DNA of 60,076 nt, filler included, from Diploschistes diacapsis (taxonomy: Eukaryota), in assembly GCA_023645945.1 (NCBI GenBank). It is 6 parts of 6 records of this genome, joined end to end, with 100 filler letters (N's around TTAATTAATTAA, not from the genome) between each part and the next. Parts side by side here need not be neighbours in the genome. Positions count along the whole stretch, not along the records: positions 1 to 9,969 come from JALAIB010000979.1; positions 10,070 to 20,002 come from JALAIB010000980.1; 4 more parts are not named here. One strand, given 5' to 3'. The translations under genes and the position numbers were made by a program. The notes below the pieces were generated by a model. It searched no databases and was not told the DNA's origin. It was given only the letters and a program-made list of their open reading frames with translations. Below are positions 1 through 11,467 of the stretch, in pieces; positions within the stretch are counted from its first letter, which is position 1; each line of letters begins with the position of its first letter.

Positions 1-739
1 GGGTTGAGAAGGGGGAGTGGGGTGGGATGGTGAAGGGAGAATATTTGGAGGGGATTGGGTAAGGGAAGGAGGAGAAGGGTGGGTGGAAAAGAGGAGCAAT
101 GTATAATGTGTAACGGAACGTGTATGCGGGCAAGACAATATTAATAACAAGTTGCACACCTAGTACGTCTTCCACCTCTAGATTTGTTTCACAATCGAAT
201 CCCGAAGCATCTCTCGGGCTCTTATGTGGTTCTAGAGCGGTGCAAGAGAAGTACTCGGTGTGCAAAATCATCATTAATATTGGCCGGGTAGGTAGAACGA
301 AGAAGCATCTAATCTTTACAGTCCGGCGTCTACTGAAAAACGACGTCTAGCGTCCAAGCGGTTTGTACGTCGTGATAATATAACTGCCTGATGGTAAGAA
401 TAGTTCAACGATCGCATTCTTCTGCCTATCGTTCAAAGTAAAGTTCGTCATGATCGTATCATACACAGCGGCATACGCAGAACATGCATGCAACATCCGC
501 CAACCCCAGTATCTCGGCGTTCGTGGCATATGAAGACAGCTTCGCAATCGGACAAGGTCATAACGCCCATGTAAGATTTAGTAGTATTGGTCGCAGACAC
601 AAGGGTTCATTTACAGCCGACCAGCCACCCACTGTGAAGCTTTGAGCTCCCGGTCATCAAATGAAGTTCGTAGCTCATCATAACATGCTGATATTAAGAA
701 TGATATTGGTGGTGTGAAATAGAGGCCGGATGAAAGAAC

Positions 740-3542
740 TTAGTGTAGAGAGATGTCAGGGAAGGTCATGCGGTCGCGGATGTTGACTCGGTATTTGAGT
801 ATTCCCTCTTCAGTGCCGACGAAGCTATATGACCAAATTAGCCCACATCACCAACGATTAGAAATACAACTTACAGATAGCGCCCATCATGACTCCATCC
901 CACGCCCTGCACTCCTACCTCTCCGTGCACCCGGCTCGGCGGATCTCGATCAGTGTGCCTCCGGTCTACAAGCATGCTGAGCTCTTGCAGAAACGAGAGG
1001 TCTTCCTCACCCATAGTCGCAGCCAGGCCGTCGCCCGCAAGTCCGGCCCGTTCTCGTAATTGCCGGAACCTGGCTGTCCTCGAGCGCTGTAATCGCTCTA
1101 TGCGGACTTCTGCTTCCGCGTCGGCTTCGTTGGTAGGCGCGTGTATCGCTCGTAAGCGCTCCCTTCGCAGTGCGGCTTCACGTTCACGCTCTCGCTCGCG
1201 CATGCGGTGCCTCCAGGGCTCGTCCGAGGTTTCTCTGCCTCCTTCGATCGAGCTTGTGTCAGTGCCTGTTCGACGAGAATCAGCTGTTCGGCGTAATAGA
1301 CTGGGGGCATATAGTGCTGAAAGTCTGGCCGGGTCATCTTCGCGCCGCCGGAACGAGTTCTGGAAGGTAACGCCAGGCTCGTTGTGGCGTGAAGTAAGTG
1401 ACGAGGAGTTTTGATTGGAAGAAGACGAAGCCATGGCAGCGGATATTGTTTGCCAAGGGTCGGTTAGAGAAGGAGGAATGGCTATTGGTGAAGGCGGTGT
1501 ATCTCGAGTCGAGGATGGTTGCTGGGATTCGGATGTCGAGGTTGGAGTCAGTCGAGAGGGTGAAGCGGATAAAATACCGGGTGTGCCTGGAGTCAGTGAA
1601 GAAGGAAGGGTAGATGACGGCGCCTGGTTATTGGCCAAGCTGCTGTTCGATATAACCACTGAGCCCCTTCGGCGTGGATGGCCCCAAATAGAGTTTGTAG
1701 TCGGATGCGTGCTCCGGTTGTTATGGTTTGAGACATACTGGCCAAACGATATGGGGAGATTCGCGGACGGTGGGGAATCAGATCTTGGTGTAGAATTGGC
1801 ATAAGTGACGCTGAAGGGCCGGCCGCTGGATTCTTGCGAACTTGGTTCGTCATTCTCCCGTAACCGCTGGATCCTTAAGCTTTCGAGAATTTCCCGCTCC
1901 GCATCACTAAGCGCAGACTCGTCAGCCAGGCCGTAGCCGGAGTGCATCGATTGCACTCGTCTTCTCCGTCGCTCTGCTGCGTTCTCAATGTAGTCCGAAG
2001 CAGACTGGACGGCTGCCATATGATCTTGCGCATCAAGCGCTTCTTGGTGGCGCCGCACAAACAGTGCTTCACGCTCGAGTTCCAACTGCTCTGTAGAAGG
2101 CGTGGCTTCCACATCAGTCAACTCAGTGCGATCCACAACTTCATCATCAAGGTTCAAATGTACGGTCTGCCGTGATCTGAAACCATCTCGTAGATCCGCG
2201 ATGCATACCCTACCGTGGTCTTCTGCCCAAACAAGTAAATCCCATGGTTCGGGACTGAAAGCCATTGACCGAGGTGCTCCGGGGATATAATTCGAGGTTG
2301 TAAAACATAACCTGGAGCCTTTAAGAACATCAATGACTGCTTCATTGTCTTCCATATCCTCGCGCAGCTTCTTGAGGTCGAACATGGTAATGGTCCCGAA
2401 CTGAGAGGCGACCGCACAAAGGTGACCAGAAGGTGAGAATGCGGTCGAAAAGCAGCAATCGGTGGCGACAGTACCGCTAAGCCGGACGTTGGCAAGCTCC
2501 TGCCAGTCAAACGCAGGATAAACGGACCTTTGCTTGATGGAGGACTTTCGTCGAAGGAAAAACGCGCGCCCTTCGTCGCCTACCGCGACGAGAATCTGTC
2601 CATCTGGTGATATCGAAGCATGATTCATTAGGATGGGAAAAGGCAGAGTCTTAAGAATGGCATGTTGATCAAGCGAGTAGATGGTGACCCCCTTGTCATT
2701 GTTGCTAGAACAATCAGTATGAGAAGGGTTGTGCAAGCATCATGATGTATCGTACGAGAGTATCGCCACCGTTTCATCCCTGAGGTCTTTGCTGTTATGC
2801 CCAAACTGGTGCACTGTGATGGCATTGACAATAAGCTGTCCTATTTCTTTTATGATTACCTTCGCATGTCGTCTTGTGGCGGGATGGTCTTGTCGCGAGT
2901 GGCCGTGAGAGAATAGTCGAGAGGACGGATCGAGATCTAGGGGAAGAAGCTCGTCGACTTCCGCAGAGGAGCGCGGTGAAAACGGACGGCCAAATGGTGG
3001 AGCATCTCGGAGGTTAATGAACGCGCATTGACCTTTGCTATCGCCGCCAACGCACAACCAACCATGACCTGCACCTAAGCAAGTCGGTACGAAAGGAACG
3101 GAAGCTATTCGTTCTCGGCGGTCGGTGGCTATATCAATGGCATACACTTCGTTATTGGAGACGAAGTAGAGGAGGCCTACGTCGACGGTACTTATGTAAT
3201 GCCGTAGCTGTTGATGACTGCAACACCATTGTCAGCTGCACAATGCACAGAGCCCGAGTGTCAGGTTGTTGAGCTAGGTAGCACAGATACTGGTACTACG
3301 CCCGACGGGCTGGCTACCAGGCGGGAAACGGGTAACGCTTGAACCGGAGAAACGGGTGAGGTAACTCACTGGCTTGGGATCTTGAACGGGTAGTATTTGG
3401 GTTTCTGTTCGGTCAAAAACGAATCATTATCGCGATGCCTACGGTCCAAGATCAGCAATCGGTCCTGGCAGACAATGTGCGGGGGACAGTACAGCGTGTA
3501 GTCTACTGCCAGGCCTGGCTGGGAAACAGCTCGCAGCGTCAT
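740..3542 (-). CDS. DUF2415 / WD40-repeat-like protein (multi-exon)
   Basis: Spliced model: ATG at 3542, exon ...YPFKIPSH with donor GTGAGT at 3369, acceptor CAG at 3218-3220 giving HQQLRHYIST. It continues through ORFs 2740-3147 and 871-2736 (NHASISPDG, FSTAFSP, RSMAFSPEPWDLLVWAEDHGRVCIADLR) and GWSHDGRYL (donor GTAAGT) into a last exon FVGTEEGILKYRVN...H*. Start codon is uncertain. Confidence 0.75.
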
Positions 3543-4011
3543 GATGGGGGTTCGGAAATCATCTCAGACTGATGCAGACGCCGGTTAACACAGGAGGTGG
3601 GGAGGAGTTGGCAGAGTAGAAGGGTTGGATGTCATCCAGTCTTTTTCTCGTATTAAACATCAACAACAAGCACAAGTATACTCGATTTAAAGCTCTCTAA
3701 ACTGAGCATTTCCACCCTGAAGAATGCCAAGAGATGCCAAGACTTCCGTCTCTTCGATCACGTTCCACCACGCTCTTAAGTCCGTCTTGTCCGGCCTTCT
3801 CTTCGAAGTTCATGACGCTAAAAAAGTTTCCATTGCCTCATCCCCAGCAGAAATTCCTTTCGCCGCATCTAAAGTTTTTTTCTCCCTTCATCATCTTAAT
3901 CACCAAACCTCTTCGTGACACTCGCTTGTAGCGATCTCTTTGCCATCCTTCCGCTATACCCTCTTCCCTTCACAGACAAGACGTGATCTGTCTCATACGT
4001 ACACGGTCGGC

Positions 4012-6216
4012 ATGCTATCGTCCAAGCTTTCCAAAGCTGTATGTGCAAATTGCTTTCACCCTTACCAGCTCTGAACACTAATATCCCAACAAAGCTTCCC
4101 CGAGCGACTGGATTTCTTTCGAGGGCGCCAGTCCGTCCGTCTACCATCTCAGCCTTCTCGAGATGGCAGTCAACGGGTGGAGAGGAAAAGGTAAAGGGTC
4201 AAGTTATCGGTATAGATCTGGGTATGTCATTACTACGTGTTGCTCGAAGAGCTTTTTCTGATAGTAGTTCAGGTACGACAAACTCGGCCGTCGCTATAAT
4301 GGAAGCGAAGCAGCCAAGGATAATAGAAAACTCTGAAGGTCAGAACTTCGCTCCCGCTACGTTAGTTGATCCCACGCTTACAGCTTTCAGGATCGAGAAC
4401 GACACCATCAGTGGTCGCTTTTACTCAAGACGGCGAACGGCTTGTTGGTATCTCGGCTAAACGACAGGCTGTCGTAAATCCCGAAAACACCCTTTTTGCC
4501 ACAAAACGTTTAATCGGCCGCAAGTTCACGGACCCCGAGTGCCAGCGCGATCTCAAGGAGGTCCCCTACAAGATCGTCCAGCACACCAATGGAGACGCAT
4601 GGCTTGAAGCGCGAGGCCAGAAGTATTCACCCTCGCAAATCGGTGGCTTCGTTCTTCAGAAGATGAAGGAAACTGCCGAGGCCTATCTCAACAAGAAAGT
4701 TGCTAACGGTGTTGTCACTGTTCCCGCCTATTTCAATGATTCTCAACGTCAAGCCACAAAGGATGCCGGGCAAATCGCTGGTCTCAACGTTCTTCGAGTC
4801 GTCAACGAACCTACCGCTGCCGCTCTTGCCTACGGTCTAGACAAGGAAGGCGATCGTGTAATTGCTGTTTTCGATCTCGGTGGAGGAACTTTCGATATCT
4901 CCATCCTGGAGATCCAGAGCGGTGTCTTCGAAGTCAAGTCCACGAACGGTGACACCCATCTTGGTGGCGAAGACTTCGATATCAGCCTGGTTCGAAACCT
5001 CGTTCAGCAATTCAAGAAGGACTCGGGTATTGACCTCTCGAATGATCGCATGGCCATCCAGCGTATTCGTGAAGCTGCTGAGAAGGCGAAGATCGAGCTG
5101 TCGTCCTCGGTTCAAACGGATATCAACTTGCCTTTCATCACCGCCGATGCGTCCGGACCGAAGCACATCAACACCAAACTCACTCGCGCTCAGCTTGAGA
5201 AGCTTGTTGAGCCTCTGGTTACCAGGACTGTTGACCCCGTGCGCAAGGCTTTGAAGGACGCGAATCTTCAGGCAAAGGACGTCCAGGAGGTTATCTTGGT
5301 CGGTGGTATGACGCGTATGCCAAAGGTTGCCGAGTCCGTCAAGAGTATCTTCGGCCGTGACCCTGCCAAGTCTGTCAACCCTGATGAAGCTGTTGCTATT
5401 GGTGCTGCCATCCAAGGTGCAGTACTGTCAGGTGAGGTAACGGACGTCCTGCTCCTCGATGTTACGCCGCTCTCTCTTGGTATCGAAACTCTTGGCGGTG
5501 TCTTCACTCGTCTAATCAACCGTAACACTACCATTCCCACGAAGAAATCGCAGGTATTTTCGACTGCAGCAGACTTCCAGACCGCTGTCGAAATCAAGGT
5601 GTACCAGGGTGAGCGTGAACTGGTTCGGGATAACAAGCTGCTCGGCAACTTCCAACTTGTCGGTATCCCACCGGCTCACCGTGGCGTTCCACAGGTTGAA
5701 GTCACGTTCGATATCGATGCCGATTCCATCGTTCACGTTCACGCCAAGGATAAGTCTACCAACAAGGATCAGTCGATCACTATCGCTTCTGGCTCTGGTC
5801 TATCGGACACGGAAATCCAGAATATGGTCGATGATGCCGAAAAGTACGGCGAGCAGGACAAGGAGCGCAAGTCTGCCATCGAGGCTGCCAACCGTGCCGA
5901 CAGTGTTTTGAACGATACCGAGAAGGCCCTCAAGGAATTTGCCGACAAGCTAGACAAGACCGAGGCTGATCAGATCAAGGAAAAGATTGAGAAGCTACGG
6001 GAGTTTGTCGCCAAGAACCAGGCCGGCGAGGGTACCGCTACCGCTGCAGAGATCAAGGAGAAGACCGATGAGCTGCAGACAGCAAGCCTGACCCTCTTCG
6101 ACAAGATGCACAAGGCCAGGTCAGAGGAACAACAAACACCGCCACCTGGCAGTGCCGGCGAGCAGCAGCCACCAAACGACGGCCCACAAGGAGGCGAGGG
6201 CGAGAAGAAATCATGA
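4012..6216 (+). CDS. SSC1: Mitochondrial Hsp70 (DnaK-type) chaperone, three 5' introns
   Basis: Arg/Ser-rich presequence [23 protein letters not shown]...RWQS; signatures [49 protein letters not shown]. DnaK-like sequence without a C-terminal EEVD or HDEL. Confidence 0.96.
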
Positions 6217-6998
6217 AGATAGTCAAAACCTGTTTTTAGCGCGCTTCAACTCTCCCAAGCCTACGGCCTACTCTCGATACCCTTCTTGTACCCATATTCA
6301 TCTCAATAACACCTCAGCAAACAATCTAGGAAGAGTCACAATGGTGGCTTCTCGTTACCTTTCTCCACCATGTGTTTCTAAGGGATATTCGAACCTGTTC
6401 GTCTTGGCATTTGCATCACCGCGCATGGGAGCCTGGTCTGGATTTGGCTACAGGCATTTGCGCAGGGATAAAACGAAGCGGGAGTTGCGCTCCGATTGTC
6501 GTTGGTTGCTGGGCTCTTTCGAGGCTTTATTTAATCGATAGGAATATTGTAGTGATGATCTAATTGACAATTCTCCTCTCATACTTGTTTTCATTCTTCA
6601 TGCGTGCAAAGTGTATGTGCAATTCTTTCCCTTGAGCTGCCCATCTACTGGTGCTTCAATTCTACTCCAGAACCAGACATGTAAGGGCACTTCCGTTGCA
6701 TAGATTAATTAGTAGGCAATCTATTGTCCAGCTTGGATAAGTATTACATAGGCGATTCCGGGCAAGAAGCTGGGTGAGCGACTTGGTTCGACACCATCTG
6801 TTCTCGACTCTATGAAACGGGGGGCATCGACCACGACTCAGGATGGGAAAGTCACGGGCCTAGACTCAACGGGCCCGCCACGGAGTCTTCAGACACAGCA
6901 GGTCTTTGATGCCGAGAAAGGGACCAGTTCTCCGGATGAGATAGCGCTCAAGAATATGCAGACAACACATATCCTACGAGCACCACCCCTGCTGACAT

Positions 6999-8404
6999 TC
7001 ATACCCATACCCTATCCGCAGCACCCTGGCCCACGAGCGGCTCCAGACTTCTCCAGCCTTTCCCCTTCCTCTGTGCATTGACATGCCCATGCCCATGCCC
7101 ATGCCCATCCACCACACTCCTCTCCACAGCAAAACTGCTATCAACCCATATCACATCCGGCGTCAGCCTCCCCTGCGCCTTATTCTCCGCACTCCCATCC
7201 ACGTCCAGCTTGTCCAGCTCCGCAATCTCCCGCTCGAGCCTTGTATTCACCGTTCCGCTGCTAGGTATATTAACCCAGCCCTTTTTGTCCCCCGCTCCCG
7301 CTTTCGCCGCAGGGGTGGTCCTGCTATGTGGCATCTTCCCAGCTAGGATGAGCGAGGCGCACTTCCACGCGCTCTGGGCTTGGTTGTTGTTTGGGGGGGG
7401 ACTACCACTCTTCGCGTCAGGCGCGGAAGCCGGGGGCTTCGCGGGCAAAGCTCGATTGACAGAGGAGCGCTCGGCGCCGAAGCAGCTAACCAGCGGTCCG
7501 AAGGTGGGCAGGCATGCAGCGAGCACGGACACACCGATCTCGATATTGCTCCAGATAGCGGACTGGACGGCCAGCCGGTAGTACTGCGGGCTTTGGAAGT
7601 TAGTGATGGTGCGCTCGGCCCAGACGTAGTAGATACAACATGCGGAGGCGATGACGCAGAAGAGGCCGAGCCAGAAGATGGCGATGAGCTGGTATTTTCG
7701 CTTCGGGGACGTGTTTAGGGCTAGGACGGCGGGGATGGGGAGGCTGAGGATTAGGATGTCGAGGATGAGGTCTGTGCAGAAGCAGGAGAGGGTGACTGCG
7801 GGGAGCGAGTAGTTTGTTTTTTGGTGGAGGGACGTCCAAAAGAGGGAGAGGGGGGTGGAGACGTTGAGGAAGATGATTATGTAGATTAGGCCCCAGAAAA
7901 AGATGAGGACGAGGAAAGCGTTTGCTGTGCGCTGGAAGAGGGTTGTCACGAAGATACTTTTGTAGAAGAGGATGACGGAGGCTTTGATGCAGACTAGGGC
8001 GGCGGTGCGGACGAGGAAGCTGGCTATGAGTGTCTGGAAAAGCAGGTAAGCTATGTTGCCTAAGGAGGGCTTCGACGGGTTGAAGAGGAAGATGTACTTG
8101 GAACAATTGTATCTCAGTTTCATAGCGAAGAGCGCCTTCTAGCGCACCCACGCCTCCACTGGCTGCGCTTACTGAAGTGAAGATGGCGTTGCTTATGCCG
8201 AACACCTGTCAATGATCAATATAGAGTCCAAGTCACCAACACGCCAACACTGACCAGCGCCAGCACAATTGCCCAATCGCTCCATCCTGGAGAGGCTCTA
8301 GTTTTCTTTTGTGCACAGAATCGAAGAACTATTGCTACCACAGCCAACGACCAGAAAACAGCACTGACTATGATACAGCTGACAGCAAGTTGCGGAAGCG
8401 GCAT
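6999..8404 (-). CDS. Pth11-like rhodopsin-domain integral membrane protein
   Basis: Exon 1 has a TM helix, VLRF...WSDWAIVLAL and donor GTCAGT; exon 2 VFGISN...QLFQ with donor GTACAT; exon 3 has IKASVILFYKSIF, TDLILDILILSLPIPAV, KRKYQLIAIFWLG and WSNIEIGVSVLAACLP, which are typical family motifs. Confidence 0.85.
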
Positions 8405-8739
8405 AACGTCTTAAGTATGCCGAAACAGGCTGAATGAGGAGAACCTTGCTGTTCTAAAGGCGCGGCACGGTAAGTAGATCTTTGCAAACTCGAGAAACCT
8501 TCGGCATCGGCATCGCCTCGCAGTCCATGTGAAGTATCATATCATGAATGTATGCCGTGTAAATTTGCCCTTAAGCAAAAGGAACCAGGCATTCCTTCCC
8601 GAATCGCCGGCATACGGAAAATCCAAGTCTCCGAAAGCCAAAATGCGTCATCGAATTTGGATCTGATCTCACATCTTCTTCCGCCATAAGTTGGGAAGCA
8701 CTCACAGCTGCCGGTACAGCATACATCTTGGGCCTCTAT

Positions 8740-9969
8740 ATGCCAATCACCACGGGGTACGCTAAATACATCTGTAACAGCTGCCTGCTGAGGCATCATG
8801 CGGCTCAGCTACATAAGTGGGACAGGGTCAGAAGGCTTCATCAGTCCAGCTCTGCCAAGACGCTACCCTCTACGGCAGCAGCCCAAGCGACAGATGGATC
8901 GCAAAATGAGCGAGATAGGAATGGGGAGGGTGGGGCAATGTCTCGACGACTGGAGCAGATGACGGATGAAAGCTTGGAAGGTAGTGGCTCAAGGGCAGGG
9001 AAAGTGATTGAGGAAGCCGGCTTCTCGGAAGAGCTCAAGCAGAGGCTCGAGGCGCGGATCTTGGACAGCAATTTCCGCAGCAAGCACTCGGTTGCATTTG
9101 CTGAGGTTGAGATGCCGAGTAGCGCAGGTCGAGGCACTCGCGATATTGCTGGAGCACAACCATGGAAGGGCACCGAGTCTGTCGAGGACGCTGCGCTTCG
9201 AATGCTTGAGGATGCTCACAAGCCCCTCCGCGGCTTCAGCAAGCCTAAAACCTCAAATCCAGTCGATCTTCGGCTGAAAAGCCGCAAACCTGTATCAGCC
9301 TCTAAACGTCTGGCCAATGCGCGAGACAAAACTTCGGTCTACACTCTTGCTCAGGACAATGCCATGTCGGACAAGGAGAAGGAAGAAATGCGCAAGATGT
9401 TCAAGGATCGCTTCACTGCCAGTGCGCGACCGGTGCCAGCGTCAGTCCAAGGCATTCAGAGCCTTGCGTCGCAGCGCATCGAGGACGCAATAGCCAGAGG
9501 GCAATTCAAGAACATCCCCCGTGGCAAAGGCGTCAACATCGGGCGCGACCACAAAGCAGATAGCCCTTTTATAGACACTACGGAGTACTTCATGAACAAG
9601 ATCATCAAAAAGCAGGCCCTCACACCACCCTGGATCGAGAAACAAGCTGAGATCCACAAGACCGCGTCGGCCTTCAGATCCCGCCTACGAGCAGACTGGA
9701 AACGCCACGCCGCGCGCATGATAGCGAGCAGAGGCGGTACACTCGAAGCGCAGGTGCAGCGCGCCCAAGAATACGCCGAGGCCGAAACGGCTCTAAACCC
9801 GCAGCCTCCCAAGCAGGAAGTCCTGTCCAGCCTCGACAGCTCCGGCAACCTCACCCACCTCAAAGTCGAAGAGGAGCCAACCCCATCCTCCAACACTTCA
9901 GCCGCCACCAACATCGTCGTGACCGAAGTAGACGCAGACGCCCACCCCGCCGCCGCCGCCCAAGCCGCC
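8740..9969 (+). CDS. DUF1992 (DnaJ C28-like conserved domain) protein, probably mitochondrial; 3' truncated at contig end
   Basis: GAMSRRLEQMTDE, WKGTESVEDAALRML, QRIEDAIARGQFKNIPRGKG, FMNKIIKKQ..PPWIE; the ORF runs into the spacer. Confidence 0.85.
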
Positions 9970-10069
9970 NNNNNNNNNNNNNNNNNNNNNNNNNNNNNNN
10001 NNNNNNNNNNNNNTTAATTAATTAANNNNNNNNNNNNNNNNNNNNNNNNNNNNNNNNNNNNNNNNNNNN
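9970..10069. other. Artificial 100-nt contig spacer (N44-TTAATTAATTAA-N44)
   Basis: N run containing a six-frame stop linker. Confidence 0.98.
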
Positions 10070-10094
10070 CCTACCACCACCACCACCATCTCGC

Positions 10095-10997
10095 TCAAAG
10101 ATAATCCTTCTTCTTCCCCGTCCTAGTATACTGGCTCAAACTCCACTCCCTATCCCCATCCCTATCCTCCAACGTGCCGGCCCGAACCTCAAACAGCTTC
10201 ATCCCCATCCTGGGCCCCACCTCCGCCAGCTCGACCTTGTCGCGCGAAGACCGCACATACACGTGGTGCCGCACCTGTATCACGTCCCCCTCCCCGCGGC
10301 TGAAGGTCACCACCCTGTTCCCCCGCCTGCCCTGCGCGTCCGCGTCCGCGTCCCGGGGCGGGAACAGGTGCTTGAGGATCTTGGCCACGCGGTGGCCGAG
10401 CGGCGTGCCGAACCCGTCGAAGATCAGGTGCGGGTAGCTCTCGGAGACGGTGCCGCGGGCGGCGGCCGGCAGGTCCGCGCGGAGCTGGACGCCGTGCAGG
10501 CTGAAGCTCGCCGTCGGGCCGTGGGGCAGGTGGGATATTGTGGCCGCGGCCGGCACGCCGCGGTGCTCGTGCAGCAGGATGACGTCGGTGAGGCCCGCGG
10601 CGTTGGCGCTCGCCACGAGGTTCGCCAGCACCTGGTTGCCGCGGTTCAGCCGCACCGAGGTCGGCAGCAGGAGCCGGATTTCTTTCGCGAAGCTGGACAG
10701 CCGCGACGACGGGGAACGCGACGTGGTGATGAGGATGCGTGGGTCCGCGAGGCCCGAGGTGTGCGCGTATTCGTCGTCCAGGTCGAGCTGCTCGGGGAGC
10801 GAGAGCGAGGGTTGGGACTCGTCGTATTTGTAGTCCGTACGCAGCTGGGTGTCGTTCGCAATGGAGGGGTCGAGCGGCTTGCCGGTCGCGAGGGAGGCTT
10901 TGAGGGCGGAGCGCCGCGCCGAGGTCTCGGCGGCTTTGAGGAGGGCGCTCCGCCGGTAAAGGTAATCGCGGCGTTGGCGAGCTTGCCGGCGGATCAT
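10095..10997 (-). CDS. IMP4: U3 snoRNP protein Imp4 (Brix domain)
   Basis: MIRRQARQRRDYLYR, ITTSRSPSSRL, LLHEHRG, SESYPHLIF, ELAEVGPRM, YTRTGKKKDYL*. Confidence 0.95.
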   Translation of the reverse strand: MIRRQARQRRDYLYRRSALLKAAETSARRSALKASLATGKPLDPSIANDTQLRTDYKYDESQPSLSLPEQLDLDDEYAHTSGLADPRILITTSRSPSSRLSSFAKEIRLLLPTSVRLNRGNQVLANLVASANAAGLTDVILLHEHRGVPAAATISHLPHGPTASFSLHGVQLRADLPAAARGTVSESYPHLIFDGFGTPLGHRVAKILKHLFPPRDADADAQGRRGNRVVTFSRGEGDVIQVRHHVYVRSSRDKVELAEVGPRMGMKLFEVRAGTLEDRDGDREWSLSQYTRTGKKKDYL

Positions 10998-11467
10998 GGT
11001 GCTAGGGGTTCGCTTAGAAGGGAGCAAAGACTTGTCTCAAATGCTTCGTAGATTCGATAGTCAGAGTCCCCAATATTCAAAGTGGTAAGAAGCTGCCTGT
11101 ATGTGTAGAAAAATCGTTTCCTAATTTTTTCCTTTTGTTGTTTGCGGGTATAGAATGTATGGTGCGGAGAAAGAAATTTCGGGCAGAAGTGGGGGACCAG
11201 CCCAAAGTGCCGCCGCAAGTCAAGCTGTGAACCTCCCACTACTCTCACTTTCGTTCACCTCGTTACCTTTTCTCAAGACAAAGGCGGTGATGCGAGTCTC
11301 TCGGGTTTTCGTCATATTCCTGTAAGGTAGACACAAAGTGATAAGGTGTTCAAGGTTTGGTTGTTATTTAGCGCGCGAGTGGCTTTGCTCCCGCCTCCAA
11401 CCACAAACCCACTTGATTCTGCCATCTTGCCTCTTCTCTTGCAAGGTCAACAACAACAACAGGGGCC

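Noticed and set aside
4837..5415. 192-aa antisense ORF inside SSC1
   Set aside because: Long antisense frames are a known by-product of Hsp70 codon bias; there is no independent evidence for a gene.
6770..6810. GGTTCGAC T-loop-like motif
   Set aside because: The T-stem has only 3 pairs and no cloverleaf forms; not a tRNA.
10263..11051. 262-aa ORF antisense to IMP4, and similar shadow ORFs over UPF1, DRE2 and the SDR
   Set aside because: Explained by GC-rich codon usage on the real coding strand.
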